In this document: one piece after another, positions 52,599 through 64,000 of the stretch
Numbering within the stretch: position 1 is the stretch's first letter
Layout of the letters: the number at the start of each line of letters is the position of its first letter
Assembly (NCBI RefSeq): GCF_031769215.1
Contig: NW_026782435.1
Coordinates: forward strand, 124,001-188,000
Direction: 5' to 3'
Length of the DNA stretch: 64,000 nucleotides
From: Ylistrum balloti
Taxonomy: Eukaryota
Position numbers and translations under genes: made by a program
Notes under the pieces: generated by a model
Told to the model about the DNA's origin: nothing
What the model saw: only the letters and a program-made list of their open reading frames with translations
Databases searched by the model: none

Positions 52599-54896
52599 AT
52601 AACAATAATGTGCTGTACTTGGTTAAACTTGTTAGTGTTTAATTTGTTTTATTGATTATCATTAAATTTATTTTGTCAAAGTGAAAACATGATTCCTTTT
52701 TTTTTCTTTTTCTCTTTCAAAAATGAATCCAAGCTGCAGAAGTGATTGAAAAAGTATACACGCACAAAACATTGAAACTGTACTTGTGTACTTAATAACT
52801 GTTTTTCTTTACAAAAAATCTTGTCAACAAAGCTGGTTCACTCAGTCTCTCTATCTGACCCTTGATAATGAGACCAAACATTGAAATATTTAGAAAAGAA
52901 AATGACCAACATTTTCCCTGTACATCATGATCAAAGTGGTGGTTTGCATACAAAGTTGCTTTAAATGAGAGTTTTAAAATGTGGAGTTACAGGCAATGAA
53001 GGATTAACATATACATTGTATATAAAAAAATAAAACACATGAACATATCTCACTGTCTCACAAAATTTGAATCACCTGTTAGAGGAGAAATCACCTGAAA
53101 GAGGAAGAGGTGTGTCCCTGGAGGTTTTTTTATGATGAGTTATTACTGGAACAGAATGTCTCTTGCAGGAGCAAAAACTATACAACACTTTTGCTTTGAC
53201 CTCACATGGAGAACAAGACAGTCCAGCCATGGGTTTTACCTTTTGACTTCTTCAACATGAGGGAAAAACAAGACCCCATAAGGATCTTAGCAACAACAAA
53301 GTTTGAAAATTCCTCCTAAAATATAGTGTTAATAATCTTTAACTGCCAAATATAAAATAGTCACCTACTGTCCATTTTGACTTTTTCTCAGACAAGGAAG
53401 GACCAAGGGGAGCTTATTTAAAAAAATTGAAGAAATAACAAACTTTCTTTGTCATAATAAACATGGCCATCTGTCAGCCACTTTATTTTTCCTGATCAGT
53501 ATCAAATTCAAAAGGGAACAATTAGGGACCAAGCAAAAACCTACTGATGAAATTTGAAAAAAAAAAAAGATCCATCCAGTTCTTCTCTAAATATAGCAAT
53601 AACAATCTTTCATTGTCAAAATCCAAATGGCCACCTGTCTGTTTGATAACAGACCACAAATGTAGAGCGATTTGAATGGCCCACAATGTGATAATGATGA
53701 GCTGAAAAAAGAAGACTTTTTAAACATTAATAAAAGGAACACATACACAAAGTATAGTTTATACAACCATGTTTCTTTATTTTGACAACAAATGCAACAA
53801 AAATGGCATTAAAATCAACAAATGTAAAATTTGAAAATTAATTTTCATCACCAAAACCAAATTACTGACCATCATTACTATGTTAACACAGCTGTATTAA
53901 AGATAAAGCTTTTATCAGATACAGATTTGATTATTACATGAAACTTTTGTTAAACAGTATTTCAAATCATTGTTAATTAAATATCATTAGCATAAATACA
54001 TCTCTAACATTATCTCAATCATACTTTCAGTCATAAACATGAATACCATCAATCATATATCTGTATGACAGAATCATACACAGTAATAGTTGAATAATCA
54101 GTTTTACTTTCTTTGGTATCATCAAAGTGTGCAGCAAGGAATATGGTCCTTGTTAATATGGATAAATATGTTTTGTTGGAAAAGTACAGCTATTTTTTCC
54201 AGCATTAACTTATTCATCAAGGTTCACATTCTTGATGGTAAGATTATAATATTGTGAAATTTGTGAATCATTCCATGTAGTCACTTTTATCGACACAGAA
54301 TAAACACTTTAAGGATTCAATATGATCACATACAAAATTAAAATTACATACATTTTTTTGTATATCATAAACCAGTTAATCATTTAATAAGATGTACCAT
54401 TCTCATACTTTTCTGTTCTCCATAAAAAATAATTTGAACATTTTTACATTACATGACCCCTTTGACTTTAGATCTTGGAAAATGTCTTTTTTTCCTCTAA
54501 GTTATAATCATTAGCATTTAATTTGTCTTCTGAAACATATTGCCTACACATTATGCTTTTACATGCCTTTCACATTGAAAGGGCCTAAGTCATATAATTT
54601 GTAGTATTTCAGTCCCACGTTGATCGTCAAACATCATAATTCTAGGCCTATTGCTTATTCAGATTACATAGTTTCATACAAATTTGGCATAGGTATCCTC
54701 ATGAGTATGTCAAAATCATTCATGTTAACAAATTTGAAAGACTTTCATCACAGTGTACCGCTAGTAAATCATCAATAACCCAGACATTTCTTTATTTGTA
54801 ACTCATTGAAATTATACGTAACCATTTAAATAACTGTAAGGCTTAACCTTCCAATATAATCCTGAACTTGATGTACATAGAAAGTACTCGTTAGTG

Positions 54897-57800
54897 TTAA
54901 TGAATACTTGATTGGAATAATTGTTCCAAATGAGACAAAAACATTTCAGAATTTGGTCCATTCAGAAACAAACTGAAACCTCTGATACGATCACTTACAC
55001 ATTTACCACCAACCAGTACAGTTTTAACACAGTCACTTGCCAGAACTTCATATCCATGAAGTTTGGCAAAACCGTAGGTGCTACTGGCCACCAATGGTAC
55101 CAGGAATCTTGAGGACAGCACTGACTTTAGGAATGGCTCTAGGTCTGTGACAAGGTACCTGTTAACAAGTGTCAGGACCTCTACACACTGGGACCATGTG
55201 TCCAGACCAGGTTCACAGGTAAGAATACTAGCAATGACATCACACTCTAAATCACATCCGTGAAGAAAGTGTACAACAAACTGCACAGCATAATAGGAGG
55301 TATCATTTAATGTGACTGTGTTCTGGGTAGACTCTGAATACTGTCCCTGTAACATGGCTGCAAACAGTGGTGATGCCTTGGCTAATCTCTCCTTACTGGC
55401 AGGAATGGTGGATCCTGTGTCATGTACAGAGAACTTTATATCGTGACTATGAGACTTATGCCGACACGTGCCCCGCTGAATATTTTCATTAGCTACATTG
55501 ACACTGGTGACAAACAGTTTCTCACAATGCTCATTTTTCAATTTAATGTCAAAGTTGATGATTTTCCCAAGAAAGCAGAATGCCTCTAGGATAGTTCTGT
55601 GGTAAGGATGACTTGATCCAGCAGTAAGGATGTCCACATATTCCTTCCACAACCCTTTCTTGAAAAAGTAGAACTTCCACATACCCCTTGCCCTGGAACA
55701 TATAAATGAAATACATTATGAAGAATGCTGTTAATACATAAAGGTATAACTTAGTTGAACTTATTCCCTAAAATCAGTTTGGTAGCAAAAATATCGCTAC
55801 TTAAGACATTTCATAAAGAGATTGCGAACAATAAGAAAACTTTAACTGGGTGTTCACATCTCCACAGTAAATGTTCACAAGTAGAATTGGAAAATGAAAT
55901 AAGAAAATGAAATGAAATTATGAAAAAAATGATATGACACCACTCTTTTGTTATGAATGATTCTGAGTTGCAGCAATTTTGATGTGTTTGCTTATAGAAG
56001 AAATAATCAAACAGATCAACCAGTAAACATCACTTACCACAATATATGAAGAAGACTGACCAGGATATGCATCTGTGACACTGTCTGCTTAGATAAAATG
56101 TGAGCTACAACACCTCTTCCATATGGACTGTCAGCCATTCGACATAAGTCTTGCAGTACAGTTATCCCTGCTCTGCTGGATAGTAGTATCTCCTCTTCTT
56201 CTTCTGTTACACTTCCTTCACTTGAAACATTCTGACAGGAAGAGTTAAATGAAGATTTGTTAGAGATAATGGTGTTGGGTGATTTAAGATTGCAATCAAT
56301 TACGCTTGTGACAGAGTCTTGCACCTGACTATGTGTGTCTTCTTCAAAAAATGTTGAATCATCTGAACAGAAACTCAATGACTGTGATCTCTGACCTTTG
56401 TTTGTTCTATTTCCTAGACCAGAGTGTTCCGCTTGAAGAATTTTTATCCAGCACTGGTCATTAACTTCTTGAGAAAGGAGTTTGTCATACACAATCCATG
56501 GTAGATTTAACTGGATCAATTTCTCAAAGCAGTTAGGGTTTCGGGCTAGTCGACAAAGAAGTCTAGCAGCTCGTGTTTCACCAATCCGTACACAGCTAAT
56601 GTAGTCTAACAGACAGCAAAGAACCTCTGTAGAAACTAAATACTTTGTTGGGTCTGGCATTTGCGACACAAATGAAAGGATCATCAGGATGTGATTTTCA
56701 GTGGCAGTTGGAGACTTTCTACATGTTATTGATAACCTGGGTTTCTTTGGTACATTATGTTTAAGTAATGTTTCAGGAGAAGTTGGAGGTAACTTATTTT
56801 TCTTATGTGGTCCAATGATGATGGTCTCTTCTCCCAAATCGAAGTGAATCTTGTGCGACAAGTGACCACTGACCTGCTGGTTTTCACTATTCATGTCTAC
56901 ATCAAATCCCTGAGAGCAATATAACGGGTCTTCTTTTTGTTCATCAGTTTTATCAGAAGATTCAATCTTTTCAACATTGCAGTCACTAATGTTTTCATGT
57001 TTCTGTGGAATGTTTTCCATACCCGAGGCTTCTGTTGTTTGTTCTGCATTTTCACACCGAAACGGCAATGTATCAATTGATGTGGCCTCTTGGCTATCTT
57101 CTTCATCTGAATAAACCATAGGAGCATTGGAATTGTGTTCAAACTCGTGTTCAGAAGCACCAGGGGACATCCCTGATGTATTACTGGGACTTGAATGTTT
57201 CTCTGGACTGCTACAAGAAAAGGGCAAACTAAAGACCAATCCGTAGTTGGGGTCTTCATTGACCTTGGACATTACAGGACTAGTAGGGCTGTAGTCTCCT
57301 GGGGACAGGCTTGGAGAGTAATAGGAGATGGTACTTAAGGGACTAATGCTGGGGTACTGTGGGGAAGATGCTCCATGGTTGAATGATTTACATTTGGCTC
57401 CCTGACTATAGACATCAAGGTTCCACTCTGATGACACTTGGTAAGTTGGACTATCAATACTGTAATGGTATTTCTTATCTGTCTGTATTGTAAGCTCCTC
57501 AGTAGAATCTTTATCTACGTTCAACGGTTCCTGTTCAGTTCTGGTCAGAACAGATTCTGTCTGTCCCTCACATTCTGCTATAATTTTATGTTGTGTCTGA
57601 CATTCATTTGAGGAATCACCTAGTCCAGTCTGTTGATCGTCAGCTGAGTTGTCCTGTTCAGCTGAAACATGTTCAGATATTGTATCCAGATTGGCCACTT
57701 CCTCGTCAAGCCTCACCACAGTTGAAGTGAACTCTGCTACTCGTTGCAAATGTGATAGTAAAAGTGGTATAAGACCATCTTGAAGTAAAAGTTCTAAACT

Positions 57801-60800
57801 GGATTCATCATACAAAAAACACAGCAGAGCACTGATGATACGATCATGTAAACGTTTGTATTCTGTGTCTTTAAGACACTCCAGGAACTTTGGCAGTATA
57901 CTGTTATCTCGAATCTTCACACGGTTCACTACATCCTTACAGCAAAGACACAAAACATTAAGGACAGAAAACCTTTTGTCTTTATCAAAGTTACCAATAC
58001 CTTGAAAGAAGCCTATAAATTTTGTAATGCCACCAGCATTGCCCAGCTCAGCCCGAGCATGAGAATGATCAGCTAATCGTATGAGAGTTGTAAAGGACTG
58101 GTGAGCGGCAGTACTGTCTTCAACTGTTACCCTTGACAATAACTCAGCAATACCCCCAGCACTGACAACTTGACTGGCAAACCCACTGCTGCACCTGTAA
58201 CGAAGCAAATTTCATTTTTTTTAATGATAAAAGAAATTAATTGAAAAAGCAAAGTGATTAACTCAACATAAGGAAACAAGTTACTTGAGTATGGAGATAA
58301 ACTCAAGGATACATGTTGAATTTTTGTGGATAGTCTAGAAATTATTCGTACTGAATGATTTAACGGTTTTTCTTTTAAATGCAAAACTGTTGACAGCTCA
58401 TTGATAGGCATATTACAAATCAATTCAATATCAGAAGAAAATATTAAGAAGCCAAAAAGGCCTGTATTGCTCACCTGGCTTTGCTTGCCTGAAATTGCTT
58501 CATTAATACTAAAGGGAAAGGAGTTCTAAATATCCAAGCACACACACAATACAGATCTGTTTTCCCAATCGGCCCCAACCTTCTGTCTCTACAAAATCTG
58601 TCTAACCATTCATGCTTCACAACAAGCTGAGACAGAATTCTGCCATTTCTACAGAAAAGGAAGAATTCTAAAGATTTGATCTATTTCCCCTGTAATGGAT
58701 CCTGTCCACCTATTTCAAAGGATCCATACCCATGATTTATTCACAAAATTGATTCCTCTTGACACTTCAGATCAAATTTGGAGAAAATCTTATCATTCCT
58801 TCTGGAGGAGTAGAATTTACTATTCTATTTCCCCTTTTAGGCTCCTTCTCTTTCAGCATAGGGAGCGGATACCAACAGTTTATATAAGATTTATTCCTCT
58901 ACATCCAAGAATGCTTCAGACCAAATTTGGGCTATCTCCATTCATTCCTACAAGAGAAGCAGGATTTCAAAGAATTTACTCTATTTTCCCTATTGGGTCC
59001 TTCCTTTCTCATCCCCGGGGGCTGAGACCTAAAGTTTATACAAATTGGTTCCTATTCACACAAGATTAGACCGAATTTGGCCAAAATCTGATCATTCCTA
59101 CAGGAGGAGTAGGATTTTAAAGAAGTTGCAAATCTTCCCTTTTTGGCCCTGCCCCCACCTTCCAAAACCCATCAATTATTGAATAAATATTGTTTCCCTT
59201 CCCCAAAGGATGCTTCTGACCAAATCTGGTTAAAATCTACGAAGTGGTTCATGACTTAATTACAAATTGTAGAAAAGGTTGACCAATGGATGGGATGCCA
59301 GGTGAGCTAATAAGCATAGGTCATGTATGTAAAACACACTGATCATTTCAAAATAATAAGTACCCACAGAGGACAAAAACAAATACTGGTTCCTACCCTT
59401 GGCTGGATGTCTCAAACACCATCCTCAATGCTGCACTCTGAACATCTTTGTCATCATCCAACAGCAGTTTCACCACACATCGCACAGCATCACCAGCAAC
59501 CAGTTTGTCTTGGTGTTTCTGTGTCTTGCCAAGTAATCTGATGATAACAGGAGATTCTACCAATTTCCCATTTAGTAAATGATTTCCAGATTATTTTCAC
59601 AATTGATACTGAAGTGCTTACTTTTAGAATTCAGAAGATAGTGATAATCAAGTGATAGTCAAAGCACTGTAGACTGGAAAGTACAAAAATGTAATACATT
59701 ATCTCAAGTATGGTACAAGTGAAACTTTTCCTCTTAACATAATATAGTATATAGGTAAATAGCTGATATCATAAGTGTAACTACCTGTACATGTATAGTA
59801 CAGGTGAGATGTATTTGACGTCATCAGAGTAACTACCTGTATCAATCTGATTTAAAAGCATACCTTACTTACACTTCTGTTCTGACAAACAGTACAGGTG
59901 AAAGATATCTGACATCATTAGTCTCATCAGACAGAACATATTGTTTTGTTTTTTTGTTATGAGGAAATTTAGACACATCACTTAACTTACCTAATAATTC
60001 TACAGTAAATGAGTTTGCTCTCCTTGGTAGGTTCCAGTTGTAGGAGCTCCACCACATGATCCACAGTGTCAGTGCCATGTACAGCTTCAGCATTCACAGG
60101 CAACAATGCTGCGTTTGACAAGGCCCTACAACTACGGTCCTGAATGCTGACAGATTCTGAGGTGCAAAACAAGTCCGCTGCAAGTATAAGAAGATGTCAT
60201 CAATAATCATGATTTCTTGCTTTGTAGGTAGCGGCTAGTTTCATGATTTATTGTGGACTTTCTGACAGAAACTCAAGCTCTTGTAAGTTTGTGTGTGATG
60301 AATGTTTTCATTCTACCATGGAACTTAGTTGAGGGCAGAACCTCAAATGAGAGAAATACAGTTTGTTTGGCCTGTCACAACAGATGCAAAAAATCATAAT
60401 AACAATGAACAAAAAACAGTTTCATTACGCAACAAAGACTCTCCGAGTATAAACATCTAAACTGTATGTATTTTGGATATTGACAGCAAAGACACTGTCA
60501 GTTATAACAATTCACATATATTATAAGAAAATCTATATTATTAATTTTCAAATTCTGTCATTGAAATATTTATCAGTTAATCATCAGTCTTATCATAAGT
60601 ACACTGGCATTACCAAATACTAAAAGCAGGCTTAAATGTTATTTGAGTTTACTAGTATCTGTTCACATTACATTTCAGGAACTTATCAAGATCTCATTGG
60701 CAACAGAATTCCAGACAGTTGAGAAGTTGAATTTCACTCACCTAAGGTTGCTATACCCCCACTCTGATGTACCTGAAATGATAAAAACCGTTGAAGTGAC

Positions 60801-62212
60801 CATATCTTGTGTATCAGTATACTGTATGTTTAAATGTTATGCTTACATTTAAAATGTAATATGCATATATCAATATAAGTAAGTATTAACCCTCCAAAAT
60901 AATTCCTTTTCACTTCAGTCTGATAAAACAGGCCGGCTAAGAAATTCATCTCATGAAATGTCCAATCTCTGGTGTTTGGATCAGGGAACAATTATTCCCA
61001 TATATACATACCATTAAACACTCTGCTTTGGATTCTCTGGCTCAAGTGGTCATAACCTGTCTTTTGACCATTCACTATTATATATGTACATGTTGTATCT
61101 TTGTGGGATCACGTAGGATGTAAACATCCTCTGATCATTAATATAATTAGAGCACAAATATATTGTAACCCTGGTAAAAAAAACTAGCTGCAATATACTG
61201 CTCGGCTAGAGAGAACTTCTCTTTAGCTCTATCGGTTGAACGCCAAACTAGTAAGCGACAGGTCCTGGGTTTAAATTCTAGCAGAGGCACTGAAATAGCT
61301 AATGACTTCTGTTACATTGGCGCCCACATAGGGACTTGCGAATAATATTTTGTGTTACTTTCACAAGTACCTCTGTAACCCCTGGAAACTCTGGGACGAG
61401 TTATTCTAATTCCTGAAGGGGGATTATAAAACCCTGGTAAAATACGTACTAGCCACAATATACCATTTGGCTAGAGAGAACTCTTTACCTCTAGTTTAGC
61501 GTCAGAATAGTAAGTCAGGGGTCCTCGGTTCAAATCCTAGCGGGGGCAATAAAATAAATAATGACCTCTGTTACAGTATATAAATAAAAGCTGATTCCCC
61601 CTATAAAACACACAATTTAATCATTGTTCACAAAGATTTTCTCTGGACCTGGCTTGATTTTTATGGCTGTCCATGAAATTGCACAGCGTTATGCAATCAC
61701 AAGTATCGTACAATGTAACCATGGAATGCACACTGGTCACATTATAGTGAATCGTTTTGTTTTTTCTGTATCTCTAAGCTATAGTTAATTTACATCAATG
61801 AGTCACTAGCAAACACTACATGTAAATATGTTGAGAACATCTCATATGCCCATTTTAGTTAGTTAATCAGCTTCAGTAAATGGTCTGATAACAGTGGAAA
61901 GTTTCGACCAACAGTAGCATTGACTAGTGTTTATATCAGTCCCAAACTTACATCTTTCCTGGCATTTTCTTCCATACATAGATTGCCAAGGACACTGAGA
62001 ACGATATCAGTTGTATGTGGAAGCTGGTTTTGCCGTATTTCATCGGATAACAAGTAAAGAGCTTTGTGAACAAACCCATGTCGAATTAGCTCACGAACAC
62101 CGGTAGAAGACTTGACAACTTTGGTTCGAATTTCTACCAAGATGTTATAGATTTGTTTGGGAGTGCCATTTGTTATCTTCAGCAAAGCTCTCTCGACATA
62201 CTTCGATGTCAT
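54897..62212 (-). CDS. ARMC5: Armadillo repeat-containing protein 5 (ARM repeats + C-terminal BTB; CUL3 adaptor), 1190 aa
   Basis: Exons 62212-61952, 60772-60742, 60177-59991, 59537-59397, 58194-56038, 55692-54897. All GT-AG, phases consistent, 3573 nt. Motifs LSVLGNLCMEE, RSCRALSN, RLLG, LHDRIISALLCFLYD, ARLLCRLARNP; BTB IPASKERLAKASPLFAAMLQGQYSES. Confidence 0.93.
58460..59312. mobile_element. Non-autonomous Helentron/HINE-like element with about four degenerate ~145-bp internal repeats (ARMC5 intron 4)
   Basis: Subterminal inverted repeat GCTCACCTGGC (58469-58479) / GCCAGGTGAGC (59297-59307). Repeated core ccaaatttgg...cattcctac..gaggagtag.attt at about 58780, 58915, 59065 and 59215. Confidence 0.55.
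61164..61575 (+). mobile_element. TRIM (miniature LTR retrotransposon) with tRNA-like Pol III A/B boxes inside both LTRs (Helenus/TRIMp3-like)
   Basis: LTR1 61164-61316 (TGTAA...TGTTACA). PBS TGGCGCCCACATAGGGACTTG at 61318. PPT GAAGGGGGA at 61415. LTR2 61425-61575. B boxes GGTTTAAATTC and GGTTCAAATCC. Confidence 0.8.
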
Positions 62213-64000
62213 TTTACGACTGTTTTCATATTTTCTTAGTAGAATTTAGGCCTACTGTAATTAGGAGTATGAGCTGCGAGGCAACTGCCACAAGATTATT
62301 TACGACAAGGGGGATCACTCTAAATCCATGCATTTAGGCGTTTGTCAACGTAGATGTAGAGTTATCGTTCCTTATATCACAGCAAAATCAAACTCCCAGT
62401 TCGAATTCGGTACAATGTAGTTTCGTCAATGAAGCAGAGGATGCTTACTCTTCCTGAATACCTGGTCTTATTCTCTTTATGTTTTTAAGAGTTTCTTGTA
62501 AAATATTTCGTTTGTTCATACATTGCCTTGGTTTTATTGAATCTGGGTTTTGATTATGATTATGTTGACATGTCGGTATTTTCTAGTGTTTTTTTTTCGG
62601 ACCACGTTATAATCGTTTTTCAGTAGCGATGCTACATCGATCAGTTGCAACCAAACAGATACAGAAATGTACTGAATGTATTCATGCTATTGCATTTGTG
62701 AAATAGAGTGATCAGTGAAACACCACTGTCTCAGTTTTGAAAGATATCCACAAATACGACCTCAACTTGAATTCGCTAGCCTGAAATGACATACATTTGT
62801 ATGTGTATCCAAAACCTGTCGGCTTGTTTCAGGTGATATCACTGAGTCAAAGAGACGCTTCAATTAGCCTGACAATGAGTGACGGGCTGATCATAACAAA
62901 GCCGCTGTGTCCGATTTGTTTACTTTTACTAATGGAGAGAGAAAGAGATTAACACGTATCGTGCATTAATTACACACGCCAGTACAGTTGACGCCACATA
63001 ATTCTGTCGCCACAATATCAGGCGTAAATGCCAGAAATATTCAGAGACAGTCTTACTGGCAAAAATAATTCAACCGTTCACTCTGAGAGATAGAAATCAA
63101 ATGTATCGAAGTGTTAAGGACAATAAAAAAGACAGAAACTTTCAACCACTCTAACAACTTCGTCAAAGTCCGTCAAGTGTCACATGCCCAGTTCGAATGT
63201 GACCACAACTCACGTACAACACACATACATGCGCACAAAGCGCAAACAAAGTAACGTACTCTCGCTATACTTTGTATATGTACCGGTATACATGGACAGG
63301 CAACAATTAACGCGAGATTTACAAATAATATACAAGTAATTATAAAACAACCAATTTAGTATAATGTACTGAGCGACAAAAAATATTTTATATCCAACAG
63401 AATTTGACAGCCAGTCTAATAACTCAATAATTTTGACCCTGTTACAAAAACACAGATGAAATGAAACAATTTAAAGAAAATGACGGATGTCACTGTGTCT
63501 GCGTGCATCTTTTCTAAAGGGTAAGCTTAAAGTTTTTATCATTTTATCTATTTTCTCAAATGAGCCACATTTGTTAACTTTTTCATGACACAAAAATTTC
63601 AAATAATGTCATTTTCTATGTTACTGTCTACAACTCACTGGTTAATACAAATCGGAAAGCAGTCATCAGAAGTGATCATTTGAAAATCATCAGTTTCCAA
63701 TATGAAATATCAAGACGTTACTTGAAATCATGATAAATTCATGTATGATTTTATTTCTTTGTAAATTGTGGCTGGTCTGCTGAAAGGTCGAAAAAGCTGG
63801 TCATCAGATCAGTTAAGTTAATAAATGATTTTTCTGCTTTTATCATATTTAATTTATTATCTTTGTTGGTGAAATACCTTGTACTTACACAACATTTGAA
63901 TCAATTAAATTTGAGGACTTGCATGTGCTGTTGACAATTAAAGTTGAAACATTTTAATCAGCTTATGTATGATTAACAGTCTTTACCAACAGTTTTGGCA

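Noticed and set aside
58477-58490. Possible 14-nt ARMC5 micro-exon (tttcag|GCAAGCAAAGCCAG|gtgagc)
   Set aside because: It would break the frame between two phase-2 junctions, and the donor-like motif is the terminus of the Helentron-like repeat.
59869-59915. Extra ARMC5 exon RYLSPVLFVRTE
   Set aside because: Exon 3 joins exon 4 in frame to give the conserved RLLG motif without it. Cannot be fully excluded as a minor isoform.
61225-61550. tRNA genes
   Set aside because: Only A/B-box-like segments are present, no complete cloverleaf could be folded, and they lie inside LTR-like repeats.
62400-62640. gaagcagaggatgcttactcttcctgaatacctg segment as a regulatory element upstream of ARMC5
   Set aside because: It resembles a common retroelement-derived 3' fragment (similar text at about 6500). 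Too degraded to classify.

Overview
AT-rich, intron-containing animal genomic DNA, most likely a bivalve or other mollusc. That assignment is inferred from gene and repeat content. The ORF track is misleading here, so genes were rebuilt by hand from GT-AG splice sites and exon phase. Six host genes are supported: (1) a vanin/biotinidase-family amidohydrolase (minus, 2 exons, 538 aa); (2) neuferricin CYB5D2 (plus, 4 exons, 288 aa); (3) a brainiac-like GT31 beta-1,3-glycosyltransferase (minus, single coding exon); (4) a group III (bee-venom type) secreted phospholipase A2 (minus); (5) SPATA22 (plus, 9 coding exons, 436 aa); (6) ARMC5 (minus, 6 exons, 1190 aa). A decayed duplicate of the vanin 3' end lies at 1.4-2.7 kb. 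Mobile DNA includes: an apparently intact CR1/L2-type LINE in CYB5D2 intron 3, with a target-site duplication and a 2A/StopGo-like GDIESNPGP motif; relics of Penelope-like, L1/Tx1, CR1 and MULE elements; a MITE nested in a MULE transposase; a Helentron-like non-autonomous element; and a 412-bp TRIM whose LTRs carry tRNA-like A/B boxes. Two hierarchical minisatellite systems are present: a 37-bp array inside a 2.4-kb tandem unit, and a 40-42-bp array that flips orientation. The most intriguing items are the 2A-bearing LINE with a hydrophobic leader, the tRNA-LTR TRIM, and RNA Pol II CTD-like YSPTSP motifs inside ARMC5. No CRISPR, rRNA or credible tRNA genes were found.
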